Below, piece after piece: positions 52,871 to 63,198 of a DNA stretch of 64,000 bases. Source of the stretch: Spirochaetaceae bacterium. GTDB lineage: Bacteria > Spirochaetota > Spirochaetia > DSM-2461. The stretch is from contig JAOPTT010000006.1 of NCBI GenBank assembly GCA_051531975.1, positions 128,656 through 192,655 of the forward strand. Reading direction: 5' to 3'. The translations under genes and the position numbers were made by a program. The first letter of the stretch is position 1. Each line of letters begins with the position of its first letter. A model generated the notes under the pieces. That model was not told where the DNA came from and did no database searches. It was given only the letters and a program-made list of their open reading frames with translations.

Positions 52871-53752
52871 CTAGAAAGGTATGATAGGTATGTCATTATT
52901 GCAATTATTATTTTTTAGTTCAAAAAAGTTATTCCAGTTAATACCTCGTTCATTGGCTGCAACTTTCATCTCTTTTAATGAGGGCTCAGATAATTCAGGT
53001 GTTCTGGACACAATTAGAAAAATATTATCGATTCTAGGTCTTGGAATTTGTGTTTTAGCACAGATGGCAAACATTCTAGCATCATCTGTTTTATGCAGAA
53101 GTTTCCAAACCTCAGTTGTTTCTGTGTCCCACATTACTAATGTGGTTCCAAACTGTCTCTCTTCTATTCCATGTGCAGCAATATATTCTGCTAACTGTCG
53201 CCTTATAAGGCCTCTCATAGCTGTTTTAACCTGATATTCGATATGTAATTTCCAATCACCATCTGTTGCCTCAACAAAATTCATAAAAGAACAGTCCCAG
53301 TTATCCCAGGAATCTGTATGCGTTCTCCACCACTTCCCACTATGTTCGTTAAGGTTCATTTTTAGGGGTGGATTATTAAAAGATATAGGTTTCTGTGGAG
53401 TTACATCATCATCCTTATACATATTAGCGCATTTTATTACTGCACTCCTAGAAAAAGATGCTAGCTGTTTTGTTGGGTATTCATCTAAAATTCGTGCACT
53501 ACATATATCAGAATCTTCAGGTACTTCCATATGTTGTAACTCTTTAATTTGGTTTTGAACCCGTTTGCTATTTTTGTCTCCACATTTAGTCAATTCCTGA
53601 AGACCTTCTCTACTTTCAGGGTCTCTTAGACAGGCAAATAGTTCTGGACCACATTTTATTATCATACATCCCAAAACGGTTCTTTTGAGTAGAATAATAC
53701 CTATGATAAGTAGAAATAACGTAATAATAGAAATTAACAAAGCTATTGGCAT
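52871..53752 (-). CDS. Membrane-anchored violaxanthin de-epoxidase-related lipocalin-like protein
   Basis: N-terminal TM, Cys-rich CMIIKCGPELFACLRDP, lipocalin-like GKWW and IVSRTPEL, C-terminal NNNC; family call from recalled motifs. Confidence 0.55.
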   Translation of the reverse strand: MPIALLISIITLFLLIIGIILLKRTVLGCMIIKCGPELFACLRDPESREGLQELTKCGDKNSKRVQNQIKELQHMEVPEDSDICSARILDEYPTKQLASFSRSAVIKCANMYKDDDVTPQKPISFNNPPLKMNLNEHSGKWWRTHTDSWDNWDCSFMNFVEATDGDWKLHIEYQVKTAMRGLIRRQLAEYIAAHGIEERQFGTTLVMWDTETTEVWKLLHKTDDARMFAICAKTQIPRPRIDNIFLIVSRTPELSEPSLKEMKVAANERGINWNNFFELKNNNCNNDIPIIPF

Positions 53753-53831
53753 ATGTACCTCGAATTTTAGTATAGGTTTACATCTATGAGTGTGCAAGAG
53801 TTTTATACACTATTAAATACAGCTAGTAGTT

Positions 53832-53909
53832 TATTAACATTCTTTATCACAAAGAGGTTGTCATTTCCTTATAGAATATATGGTGTATGAGGATCATTGT
53901 TTAAGTTGA
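53832..53909 (+). pseudogene. comM: Highly decayed comM 3'-terminal remnant (copy 4)
   Basis: tctttatcacaaagaggttgtcatt joined to cttatagaatatatggtgtatgaggatcattgtttaagttga; matches the comM and copy 3 termini with an internal deletion. Confidence 0.75.
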
Positions 53910-54015
53910 ATTCTTGTGCTTTTACTTAAACATGGTAGCTTTTTAGGATATATCTTGTTTTCTTAGTATTCTTAAATTAAAGTTATAATATAATGATCTT
54001 GAAAGAGGTATAAAG

Positions 54016-57000
54016 TTGATAACAAATAGATTATTCATAAAAAATCTCATAATCATCAACTACTTTTTACTTTTATCTTTTAATATTTTTTCAGGTGATA
54101 TCAATCAGATTGCAAAGGAAAACCTCATATTTGATACAGTATATGAATTGTCAGAAATGTGTGAAGGAGGCCTGATTAAAGATAATGAAGGTTTTTTATG
54201 GATTTCAACACAAAACGGTTTGTATAGATTTGACGGTCTTACCACAGAGTACCGTGGAGGTAAATATCTATCTAGTAGAATCACTACCAGTATATTAATT
54301 GATTCTGAAGGTCTTATCTGGATTGGAACTAAAGGTGGAGGACTTAATAAATACGATAAATGGCAAGATTCTTTCACATCCTATAAGCATGATACCGAGA
54401 ATCCCCAAAGTATAAGTAGTGATTACCTACCACTTATAGGTCAACAGCTTTTACTTGAAGACAATGAGGGGTACATCTGGATTGCCACAGAAGAAGGATT
54501 AAACAGACTTGATAAAAAAAATGAGATATTTACGCATTATTTTCACAATGCAAATAAAGCAAATAGTTTAAGCAGCAACCGGATAAGCGCTCTCTATCAG
54601 GATAGAGAGGGAATCATATGGATTGGAACATTTGACTCAGGTCTGAACAGATATGATCCAGGGGAAAAGATATTTAAACATTTTAAAAATGATAGCCGCG
54701 ATTTAAAAAGCCTTAGTGATAATTATATACTGTCCATATTCGAAGATTCATCAGGAAGGCTCTGGATAGGAACCGATGGTGGAGGTCTGAACTATTTTGA
54801 TAGAACAAATGAGACGTTCATAAATTACATGCCATCGGAAGATGATTCTAACAGTATAGGCGATGATAACATATATACAATATTAGAAGACAGGGATGGT
54901 TGGTTATGGCTCGGTCACCATCTCGGTGATAAAACTGGTTTGACCCTTTTCAATCCGGATACAGATCATTTTATTTCCTATGGTCATGATGAACATAATT
55001 CTCATTCTATTACGACTAACTCAATTACAGATTTCTGGCAGGAGGAGGACACTGGAATAATCTGGATTTTAAACCATTTCGGAATCATTCAGAAATACGA
55101 TCCAGAAAGTAGAAAGATTCAACTCCATCGTCATGATCCTGTAAATCCTTTTAGTATAAGCGATAATATGGTCTTACCTCTACTTTTTGATAGAAATAAT
55201 GATTTATGGATAGGTACTATATCAGGAGGATTGAATAAAATGGATTTGGAAACAGATCGTTTTTACAGCTTTATGCCAAATGAAGATAATCCTCAAAGGA
55301 CAGTTTTTTCAGGAGCGGTCTTAGAAGATTCTGACGGGGAATTCTGGTTAGGAAATATGGAAGCCAGCATCAGTAAATATGACCCTTTGACTAACACTGT
55401 TTTAGAAAAGTATTCTTATAATCCTGATAATCCTAGTAGTATAGCTGATACATCGATGGTCACATCAATTATTGAAGATGAAGAGAACAAAGGAATATTC
55501 TGGATGGCTAGTTTCGCCACAGGTCTGTTTAGTAAATTTGACAAATCAAAGGGGGTTTTCACAAACTATCCTGCACTGTCAAGTATCTCAATGATTTTTG
55601 ATGATGGGCAGGGAGACATTCTCATAGCCAGCCAGGGACATGGTCTCGTTAAATTCAATAAAAACTCTGAACAATATCATTATTATAAACATGATGAAGA
55701 AAATATTCAGAGTATTAGTGGGGATATTGTCTGGGGCATTTTTAAAGATTCGAAAAACCGTATTTGGGTGGGAATGGAACAAGGAATCAGTCTTTTTGAA
55801 GAGAAATCCGGAACCTTTAAAAATTACAATCCCAATACCGGATATGAAATCTATCAGGGTTCTAATTTCCTCGAAGATAAAAAAGGAAATATCTGGATAA
55901 GCGGGAATCAGATTACGAAATTCAATCCCGAATCTGAATCTGTTAAAATTTATACGTCAACTGATGGAAGCCAAATAGGTGTTTTCTTCAGGGAATCTGC
56001 TGCCATAGCTCCTGACGGAAGGATGTTTTTTGGAGGCAGCGAAGGTTTAAATAGTTTCTACCCCGAGAAATTAAAGGACAATCCCTATATCCCACCGATT
56101 GTGCTTACATCTTTTAAACAGGGAGGGAACATATTAGATTTAGGAACAGCACCGGAGATTGTCGAAGAGATAATCCTTGACTGGAAAGTCAATTTTTTTG
56201 AATTCGAATTTGCCTCCTTAAATTTCACAAAACCTGAAAATAATAACTATGCTTATATGTTGGAAGGGTGGGATAACAATTGGTATTATTCAAATTCCAT
56301 TAGAAGTGGACGATATTCAGGTCTGAAACCGGGAAGTTATATATTAAAATTGAAAGGAACCAATAATGATGGTCTGTGGAATGAAGTGGGAACTTCAGTT
56401 AATATTGTAATTACAACTCCTTTCTGGCAGAGATGGTGGTTTATTTCAATCTCCATAATTCTTATAACGGGTCTATTATTCTCTATGGTTTTCTTGAGAA
56501 TCAGATCCATTGAATTAAAAAAAATAAAACTTGAGAAACAGGTTGATATACGAACAAAAGAACTTAAATCAGCAATTGAAGAAGCTGACTTGGCAAAAGA
56601 AAAAGCAGAAGTAGCGAATAAGGCCAAAAGTATGTTTCTATCAAAAATGAGCCATGAGTTAAGAACACCACTCAATGGGATATTGGGTTATTCTAAAATT
56701 CTAATGAGAGACAAAAATATTATTCATCGACAATATGAAGGATTGAATATTATTTACCAAAGCGGGACACATCTTCTGACTTTAATAAATGATATCCTCG
56801 ATCTTGCAAAAATCGAAGCAGGTAAAATTGAATTGGAGTTTGCAGACGTTTTATTTCCCGAGTTCCTGCAAAACATAGTAGACCTTATGTCTTTGAGTGC
56901 CTCTGCAAAATCTCTAGATTTTCAATATGATATACCGGAAAAACTACCTGAAGGGATTTATACCGATCGAAAGAAACTACGGCAAATTCTCATTAATCTA

Positions 57001-58020
57001 CTTGGGAATGCGATTAAATTCACAGATTCAGGAATTATTCTTTTCAGAATTTCGGTCATCTCATTTGAAGAAGTTGATTCAAATAAGTATGTACATCTAC
57101 GATTTGAAGTGAAGGATTCGGGAAAGGGAATTCCTAAAAAACAATTGAAGAGTATTTTTCTCCCATTTGAACAGGCTGGAGATCAGACTTCTAGAGCAGA
57201 AGGTACAGGATTGGGATTAACTATCAGCCAGCAGTTGATAAAGTCATTTGGTAGTCAATTAAATGTTGAAAGTGTGGAAGGGACAGGAAGTTCATTCTGG
57301 TTTGATATAAAAACACCTATCGTTACCTTCCCTAAGAATGCTGCCCCCAAAAAAGAGAAGAGAATCTCCGGATACGAAGGTTCTGAACTAAGAATTTTAG
57401 TTGTTGATGATAATTATAATAATCGAGCTGTTCTGGTAAATATCCTTGAACCTATGGGATTTAAGCTATTCTCTGCAAAGGATGGTCAGTTGGCAATAGA
57501 TCTACTAATGCGGGAACAAATTGATCTTGTCCTAACCGATATTATTATGCCAGTAAAATCAGGATATGAGCTTGTTAAAGATATCCGAAACACAGAGGAT
57601 TTAAAAATGATTCCTGTTATTGCTGTATCGGCCAGTGTCATGGAAGAAGAAAAGGATCATTGTCTCGATGTTGGATGTGATGATTTTATTAATAAACCAG
57701 TTGATGAAAGAGTTCTATTTGATATTCTTGCGAAACATCTACATCTCCACTGGATTTACGAGACAATTGAAGATCATCAGAACGAAAAGATCAAACTTAA
57801 AGATTTACATACAAGTCTGTCAAAAGAAGATTTAAAATCGTTACTTGTATGTGCAAAACTTGGAGATATGGAAGAGATTAAGAAAATTGCCATTAAATTA
57901 TCATCCAAAGATAGTGGTGATATATTTTTCTTAAATGGAATTATCAATCTTGCTGGTAAATATGAAGTGAACAAAGTCAGAAAATTACTTGAGGATGTAA
58001 TTGGAGAAATGTATGAATAA
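54016..58020 (+). CDS. Hybrid sensor kinase: beta-propeller/YYY sensor, HisKA, HATPase, REC
   Basis: ED..G.IWIGT repeats, YSGLKPGSY, MSHELRTPLN, GTGLGL, LTDIIMP. Confidence 0.93.
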   Translation: MITNRLFIKNLIIINYFLLLSFNIFSGDINQIAKENLIFDTVYELSEMCEGGLIKDNEGFLWISTQNGLYRFDGLTTEYRGGKYLSSRITTSILIDSEGLIWIGTKGGGLNKYDKWQDSFTSYKHDTENPQSISSDYLPLIGQQLLLEDNEGYIWIATEEGLNRLDKKNEIFTHYFHNANKANSLSSNRISALYQDREGIIWIGTFDSGLNRYDPGEKIFKHFKNDSRDLKSLSDNYILSIFEDSSGRLWIGTDGGGLNYFDRTNETFINYMPSEDDSNSIGDDNIYTILEDRDGWLWLGHHLGDKTGLTLFNPDTDHFISYGHDEHNSHSITTNSITDFWQEEDTGIIWILNHFGIIQKYDPESRKIQLHRHDPVNPFSISDNMVLPLLFDRNNDLWIGTISGGLNKMDLETDRFYSFMPNEDNPQRTVFSGAVLEDSDGEFWLGNMEASISKYDPLTNTVLEKYSYNPDNPSSIADTSMVTSIIEDEENKGIFWMASFATGLFSKFDKSKGVFTNYPALSSISMIFDDGQGDILIASQGHGLVKFNKNSEQYHYYKHDEENIQSISGDIVWGIFKDSKNRIWVGMEQGISLFEEKSGTFKNYNPNTGYEIYQGSNFLEDKKGNIWISGNQITKFNPESESVKIYTSTDGSQIGVFFRESAAIAPDGRMFFGGSEGLNSFYPEKLKDNPYIPPIVLTSFKQGGNILDLGTAPEIVEEIILDWKVNFFEFEFASLNFTKPENNNYAYMLEGWDNNWYYSNSIRSGRYSGLKPGSYILKLKGTNNDGLWNEVGTSVNIVITTPFWQRWWFISISIILITGLLFSMVFLRIRSIELKKIKLEKQVDIRTKELKSAIEEADLAKEKAEVANKAKSMFLSKMSHELRTPLNGILGYSKILMRDKNIIHRQYEGLNIIYQSGTHLLTLINDILDLAKIEAGKIELEFADVLFPEFLQNIVDLMSLSASAKSLDFQYDIPEKLPEGIYTDRKKLRQILINLLGNAIKFTDSGIILFRISVISFEEVDSNKYVHLRFEVKDSGKGIPKKQLKSIFLPFEQAGDQTSRAEGTGLGLTISQQLIKSFGSQLNVESVEGTGSSFWFDIKTPIVTFPKNAAPKKEKRISGYEGSELRILVVDDNYNNRAVLVNILEPMGFKLFSAKDGQLAIDLLMREQIDLVLTDIIMPVKSGYELVKDIRNTEDLKMIPVIAVSASVMEEEKDHCLDVGCDDFINKPVDERVLFDILAKHLHLHWIYETIEDHQNEKIKLKDLHTSLSKEDLKSLLVCAKLGDMEEIKKIAIKLSSKDSGDIFFLNGIINLAGKYEVNKVRKLLEDVIGEMYE

Positions 58021-59677
58021 TAATTTCAGTCATATTCCAAAAGTTTTAATTGTTGACGATAATCCGGGTAATCTATCTGTACTTGCAAAATATCTTGAAG
58101 AACATAAATTGAAAATATATGCAGCCCAGGATGGTGAGAGTGCTATTGAAAAAGCAGAATTGCTACAACCCGATATAATATTACTGGATGTTATGCTTCC
58201 TGGTATTAATGGATATGAAACTTGTTTTCTTCTAAAGAAAAATGAAAAAACTAATAAAACTCCAATTATTATAATGACAATTTTAGATGATATTGATCAC
58301 CAACTAAAAGGATTTCAGGCTGGTGCTGTAGATTTTATTACAAAACCTTTCCAGGAAGAAGTCGTATTGGCTAGAATAAATACTCACCTTAAATTACATG
58401 AATTGACAGAGAAGCTTGAAGAGAAAATTAATGAACGAACAAATAAACTCGTTTTAGTAAATGAGAAATTAGTAGCGGAGGTCCAGGAACGGAAAAAAGC
58501 TGAAGATGAAAACCTATTGCTCCAGGAGAAAATATTACAATCCCAAAAAATGGAAGCTATTGGTCAGCTGGCTGGGGGGATCGCTCATGATTTTAATAAT
58601 ATTCTCGGTGGAATAATGAATTCAGCTCAATTATTGAAATATCCTGAAAGAAATCTAGATGAGAAAGGACTAAGATTGACAGGATGGATTCTTGAAGCTT
58701 CAAAAAGAGCCGGAGATTTAACATCACAGCTTTTAGCATTTAGTAGGAAAGAACAAAAAGACTTTAAAATATTAGATCTGAAAGTCCTGCTACAAGATAT
58801 TGAACAATTACTCAATCGTACAATATCCAAAAAAATCACTAATTCAGTAATTAATCACGCAGAAAGATTTCAGGTCATTGGAAATAATTCAGCCCTTCAT
58901 AGTGTTTTTCTTAATCTAGCAATTAACTCCAGCCATGCAATAGAGGATACTGGAGAGATATTTTTTATTATAGAGAATGTTATGCTGAATAAAGATGATT
59001 ACAAGAATTCACCTTTTGATATTAATTCTGGAGAGTTTTGTCGAGTAGAGGTTAAAGACACTGGTTCCGGTATTCCCCCTCATTATCTACAGAAAGTCTT
59101 TGAACCTTTTTTTACAACAAAAATAGATGGGAAAGGAACAGGACTCGGATTATCTGCATCTTTTGGAATAATTCAAAATCATCATGGAATAATTGAGATA
59201 AGCAGTGACATTGATATTGGAACATCCGTTATGATATTTCTTCCATGTTCTAATAGAACACAGGAGATAAATAAAAAGATAGATTCAAAGTATTCAACTT
59301 CTAAAGTAATTTTATTTGTAGATGATGATGAGATCAACCGAATTACAGCCCAGGAATTGATTGAATCGATGGGACACAATGTTCTCGTCGCGGAAAATGG
59401 AAAAAACGCCCTTGAGATTTACAAGTCTAATAGAGTGGATTTAGTAATTTTGGATATGATTATGCCTGTTATGAATGGTAGAGAAACATTTTTTGAATTA
59501 AAAAAAATAGATGAGAATTGTAAAGTGATATTGAGTACCGGTTATGCAAAAAACTCTGAGATAATTGAAATGCAGAAAAATGGGTTAAACGGAATTATTC
59601 ATAAGCCATATATTATAGAAGATATTAATAAATTGATTATACAGATTACAACTTCTGCTGACGATAAAATTTCATAA
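58013..59677 (+). CDS. Hybrid REC-HisKA-HATPase-REC kinase/response regulator
   Basis: LIVDD..LLDVMLP, GGIAHDFNN, FEPFFTTK, GTGLGL, ILDMIMP. Confidence 0.93.
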   Translation: MNNNFSHIPKVLIVDDNPGNLSVLAKYLEEHKLKIYAAQDGESAIEKAELLQPDIILLDVMLPGINGYETCFLLKKNEKTNKTPIIIMTILDDIDHQLKGFQAGAVDFITKPFQEEVVLARINTHLKLHELTEKLEEKINERTNKLVLVNEKLVAEVQERKKAEDENLLLQEKILQSQKMEAIGQLAGGIAHDFNNILGGIMNSAQLLKYPERNLDEKGLRLTGWILEASKRAGDLTSQLLAFSRKEQKDFKILDLKVLLQDIEQLLNRTISKKITNSVINHAERFQVIGNNSALHSVFLNLAINSSHAIEDTGEIFFIIENVMLNKDDYKNSPFDINSGEFCRVEVKDTGSGIPPHYLQKVFEPFFTTKIDGKGTGLGLSASFGIIQNHHGIIEISSDIDIGTSVMIFLPCSNRTQEINKKIDSKYSTSKVILFVDDDEINRITAQELIESMGHNVLVAENGKNALEIYKSNRVDLVILDMIMPVMNGRETFFELKKIDENCKVILSTGYAKNSEIIEMQKNGLNGIIHKPYIIEDINKLIIQITTSADDKIS

Positions 59678-59832
59678 ATTCGAAATAGGTTAGGGGTTAG
59701 TTTTTCAAAATCACGTAAATTCATGCAGTCAAAGTTATTATAGGAAACTATATTTGAAATTTGCTACTTCTATTGTGTAGGGCTGAACTGCTTAGCCCCA
59801 TAATATAAAAATGCTGCAAAAATAAAATAATA

Positions 59833-60813
59833 TTATTTATTAGATAGAAAATCATCTATCATCTTATTTGACAGTTCTGGTTGGTCTACAAAAATATTAT
59901 GACCTGAATCAAATACAATTCTCTGTTCTGCATGCTGATAATATCCTAAAAACTTCTTCTGATAATCAACTCCAAAAACCTTATTATATTCAGATGTCAA
60001 AAATAGAACATGGCCATCAAATATGTCAGAACCTGTAATAAAATCCAGGGTTGCCATAAAATCTGGATCATGTTGGCTTCTACCTATGGTTTGATCAATT
60101 GAATAAGTTCCCATTCTCCAACCCTTAAATTCTGGGCCACCATTTTTATTACCAATATATAGATACATCATACTTTTAAAATAGTCATCTCTAGCGTAAG
60201 GATCATTATCAATATTAACTCGCCATTTATTTAACCATAATTTTGATATATTTATAAAGTCAATAAAACTAATTTCTGGAGGAGGTTGGTTAAAAAATTC
60301 CTCAGCCAAATCTGGTCTTAATATACCAGGTTCAATTAAAACAATTTTTTCAACTTTTTCAGGATGTACTGCAACGTAGCCTGATGCCATCATTGCACCC
60401 CATGAGTGTCCAACAAGATGCACAGGTTTTCCATTATAGTGGTAATCAATCAAACTATTAAGATCATCATAAAAACTTTTTACAGTGAATTCTTTATCAG
60501 ATTTTCGAGATGATAGACCTGTCATCCTCTGATCATAAAATACAATAAAATATTTATTAGATAATTCTTTTAAAGATAACATAGACCTGTAATCTCCACC
60601 TGGTCCACCATGTATTGCAATGATAATTTGATTTTTTGTATCTCCAAATGTCTCAGAATGAAATTTATGGCCATTTAGAGTTACTGACGATAAGTTTGAA
60701 TCATGATCAACAGTTTTAATAAATTCAATTGGGGAAAATAATATTAAACTTATATAAAATATCAGCCCCACAAGTATTATGATCCCTAAAGTTATAAATA
60801 TTTTTCTTAGCAT
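59833..60813 (-). CDS. Alpha/beta hydrolase (proline iminopeptidase-like)
   Basis: HGGPG, YDQR, GHSWG nucleophile, SGH. Confidence 0.88.
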   Translation of the reverse strand: MLRKIFITLGIIILVGLIFYISLILFSPIEFIKTVDHDSNLSSVTLNGHKFHSETFGDTKNQIIIAIHGGPGGDYRSMLSLKELSNKYFIVFYDQRMTGLSSRKSDKEFTVKSFYDDLNSLIDYHYNGKPVHLVGHSWGAMMASGYVAVHPEKVEKIVLIEPGILRPDLAEEFFNQPPPEISFIDFINISKLWLNKWRVNIDNDPYARDDYFKSMMYLYIGNKNGGPEFKGWRMGTYSIDQTIGRSQHDPDFMATLDFITGSDIFDGHVLFLTSEYNKVFGVDYQKKFLGYYQHAEQRIVFDSGHNIFVDQPELSNKMIDDFLSNK

Positions 60814-60996
60814 TATAATTATCCTTAAAATAAACAGATAAGAAAGCCTAATTATGCTAGCGTTTACTTCTTTTATTAGTATAAGGTAATAGTTGGTTAT
60901 ATGCTAGTATTTTTATTAAACTTAAGTAACTTTAGTTTAATTGTTAAAATTTTGATAATCTCTAACTTTTTATAGATTCAATATATTTATATAAGT

Positions 60997-61080
60997 ATAC
61001 CGTAACGACAGGTTGTGTAGAGCTTAAATGTAGTAATATCTCCATATCAAAGCTAGGTATATCACAATAATCATATTATC
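60997..61080 (+). repeat. Third copy of the leader motif (no comM junction attached)
   Basis: ataccgtaacgacaggtt...tagtaatat.tcc...taatcat.ttatc resembles 32761-32841 and 39073-39134. Confidence 0.55.
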
Positions 61081-61135
61081 TAAGGAAAAATATTACCTGT
61101 TGTATTAAGAGTAATTGGAGTAAAGGTACTGTTCT

Positions 61136-61999
61136 TTAATAGCTATAATTAAAGACTTGTTTAATATAGGTTCTGTATCTCTTTTTATTTTCTTCATCAA
61201 GCCAATATTCATACTTTTCATGGTACTCCTTTTGCTTGACTATTTTTTCCAAAAAGATATTAATTTCTGTAATCATCTTTTCTCCAAAATCACCTTTTGA
61301 AATGAGAAGATATACTAATAAGTACTCAGGCATTCCTTCTACTGCTAAGGTAATAATATCTTTTTTAGATTGAGGGTCATTTTTCATAAAAAATTCTGCT
61401 TCTACCGGGTAACCAAATACAAAATCAAGTTCATTGTTTTCTATTTTTTGGATTTTTTTTTCTAAACTTTCATAATATTCCGGAATTATGAATTTATTAT
61501 GTTGATGTTTTATAAGTATTTCATCAATAATTCCACCATAAGTACGTTCAAGAGATACTCCACCCTTTAATCTACTTTCTGTAATTAGATACTCTAATTT
61601 AACTTCACCAACTTCATTTAAATAAGGTGAAAATTTATCATAATCATTTTTGTCAATAATTATTCCGTTTGGTAAAAGTAGTAGATATGGTATTGAGTAT
61701 AGTCCAATTTCTTTTCTTTCAGGTATCTTAAGCCCTGCAGAGAAAATTATATTTGGTTTCTTTTTCATTTCAGATAATACTTTAATATCATATGATACAT
61801 ATGTTTTAATATCGTAATCTTTAAACTCTTTTATAAATGAATCTTTAAAATAGTTTAATACACCTTTTCCTTTGAACTCACCTTCAGATATTTGGAATGG
61901 TGGAGTATTAAATTCGTAAAAGATTACTTCCTCACCATATGAGATGGGGATAATAAATAAAATAGTGATGAATAAATATAAAAACCGCAATTTAGTCAT
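61136..61999 (-). CDS. Periplasmic solute-binding-like protein (TIGR02285-like)
   Basis: Signal peptide, PPFQI..G.FKGKG, PERKE...S.P, RTYG..ID. Confidence 0.7.
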   Translation of the reverse strand: MTKLRFLYLFITILFIIPISYGEEVIFYEFNTPPFQISEGEFKGKGVLNYFKDSFIKEFKDYDIKTYVSYDIKVLSEMKKKPNIIFSAGLKIPERKEIGLYSIPYLLLLPNGIIIDKNDYDKFSPYLNEVGEVKLEYLITESRLKGGVSLERTYGGIIDEILIKHQHNKFIIPEYYESLEKKIQKIENNELDFVFGYPVEAEFFMKNDPQSKKDIITLAVEGMPEYLLVYLLISKGDFGEKMITEINIFLEKIVKQKEYHEKYEYWLDEENKKRYRTYIKQVFNYSY

Positions 62000-62121
62000 A
62001 ATATCCTCTTTAATCGTACACTTATACCTTAATTATAGTATTGTATTACCTTGATTTCCATATTAATTTTTTATCATGATATATAATTCATAATACTAAT
62101 ATAGATTAGAAAAGTTGAAGT

Positions 62122-63198
62122 TTAGTATTTAACCTGTCTGAAACCCATAATAAGTAAAAATAGAGAGAGTGATAAAAGTAGGATAAAATCAAATACCAGA
62201 TCCAGTGGAGATGTGCCATAGGTTAATATTTTATGAAGAATATTTACAGCATGTGTTGCAGGTATTATTTTGAAAATAAATAACCCAGGAAATGGATATA
62301 CCGATCCAGAAAAAAATACCATGATCATAAAAGGAAATGTGGAAAGCAATAATCCATGAATCAGTGAATTAGTTAAACCTGAGACAATAAAAGCTAAACC
62401 AATAACACCAAAATTCAGAATGAAACAAACAAAAATTGATATTGAAATATCATATAATACTGAGTTTGGACTTTGAAAACCTAGAAGATACGCAGTTATA
62501 GTAGTTAACAACAAACCAATGAGTGATAATGATGAAAAAATAATTGTATGACCAATTATATATGATGATCGAGGAAGGGAACAAAGACTGTAACGAATAA
62601 AAACACCTGACTGCTTCTCTTTTAAAAGTAGCATAACAAATAGATAAAGTTGTATCAGAATAGAGAATATAATTAATCCTGGGACATAGTTTTCAAACTC
62701 TGTTTTATCTCTGGAAATCCCAATGGGTTTTTGTATTATGGATACTGGTGAGAAAATAGTAAGTTTGTTTTTAATATAATCGTTTAGATGTTTTTCTATA
62801 AGATTAGAACTTATGACATAGTAAGGATCTGAGAAATCACCTATAATTTCGATACTTTTTAGATCTTTAATACTTACCATTATTTTAACATCATGTTTTT
62901 TTAGAAGAGTTATCCCATATTGGTAATCATCGATATTAACGATATCAAAAAGTCTACCACCTCCTGGATATGTTTTATTTTTTAATTCATAGGAAAAATC
63001 ATTCCATAACGTGGAAGTAATACTGGTATTAGAGTATAAAGCTACGGGATATATAGACATTCCCTCTAAAAATATCATCTTATATAAGAAGATAAAAAAA
63101 GGTGCACAAAGTAGGGTTAAGATAAGCATTATCTTATCCCGTCTAACCTGTATAAATGATTTTTTAGCTACAGTTTTAATCATGGTTAACATCATCAA
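62122..63198 (-). CDS. ABC-2 type transporter permease
   Basis: YVPGLI, EKQSG...R, FFSGSVYP, P.THAV. Confidence 0.88.
   Translation of the reverse strand: MMMLTMIKTVAKKSFIQVRRDKIMLILTLLCAPFFIFLYKMIFLEGMSIYPVALYSNTSITSTLWNDFSYELKNKTYPGGGRLFDIVNIDDYQYGITLLKKHDVKIMVSIKDLKSIEIIGDFSDPYYVISSNLIEKHLNDYIKNKLTIFSPVSIIQKPIGISRDKTEFENYVPGLIIFSILIQLYLFVMLLLKEKQSGVFIRYSLCSLPRSSYIIGHTIIFSSLSLIGLLLTTITAYLLGFQSPNSVLYDISISIFVCFILNFGVIGLAFIVSGLTNSLIHGLLLSTFPFMIMVFFSGSVYPFPGLFIFKIIPATHAVNILHKILTYGTSPLDLVFDFILLLSLSLFLLIMGFRQVKY

Noticed and set aside
22070..54015. Diversity-generating retroelement, integron or prophage as the explanation for the repeats
   Set aside because: No reverse transcriptase, tyrosine or serine integrase, attC-like palindromes or phage genes seen; differences between copies are not restricted to adenines
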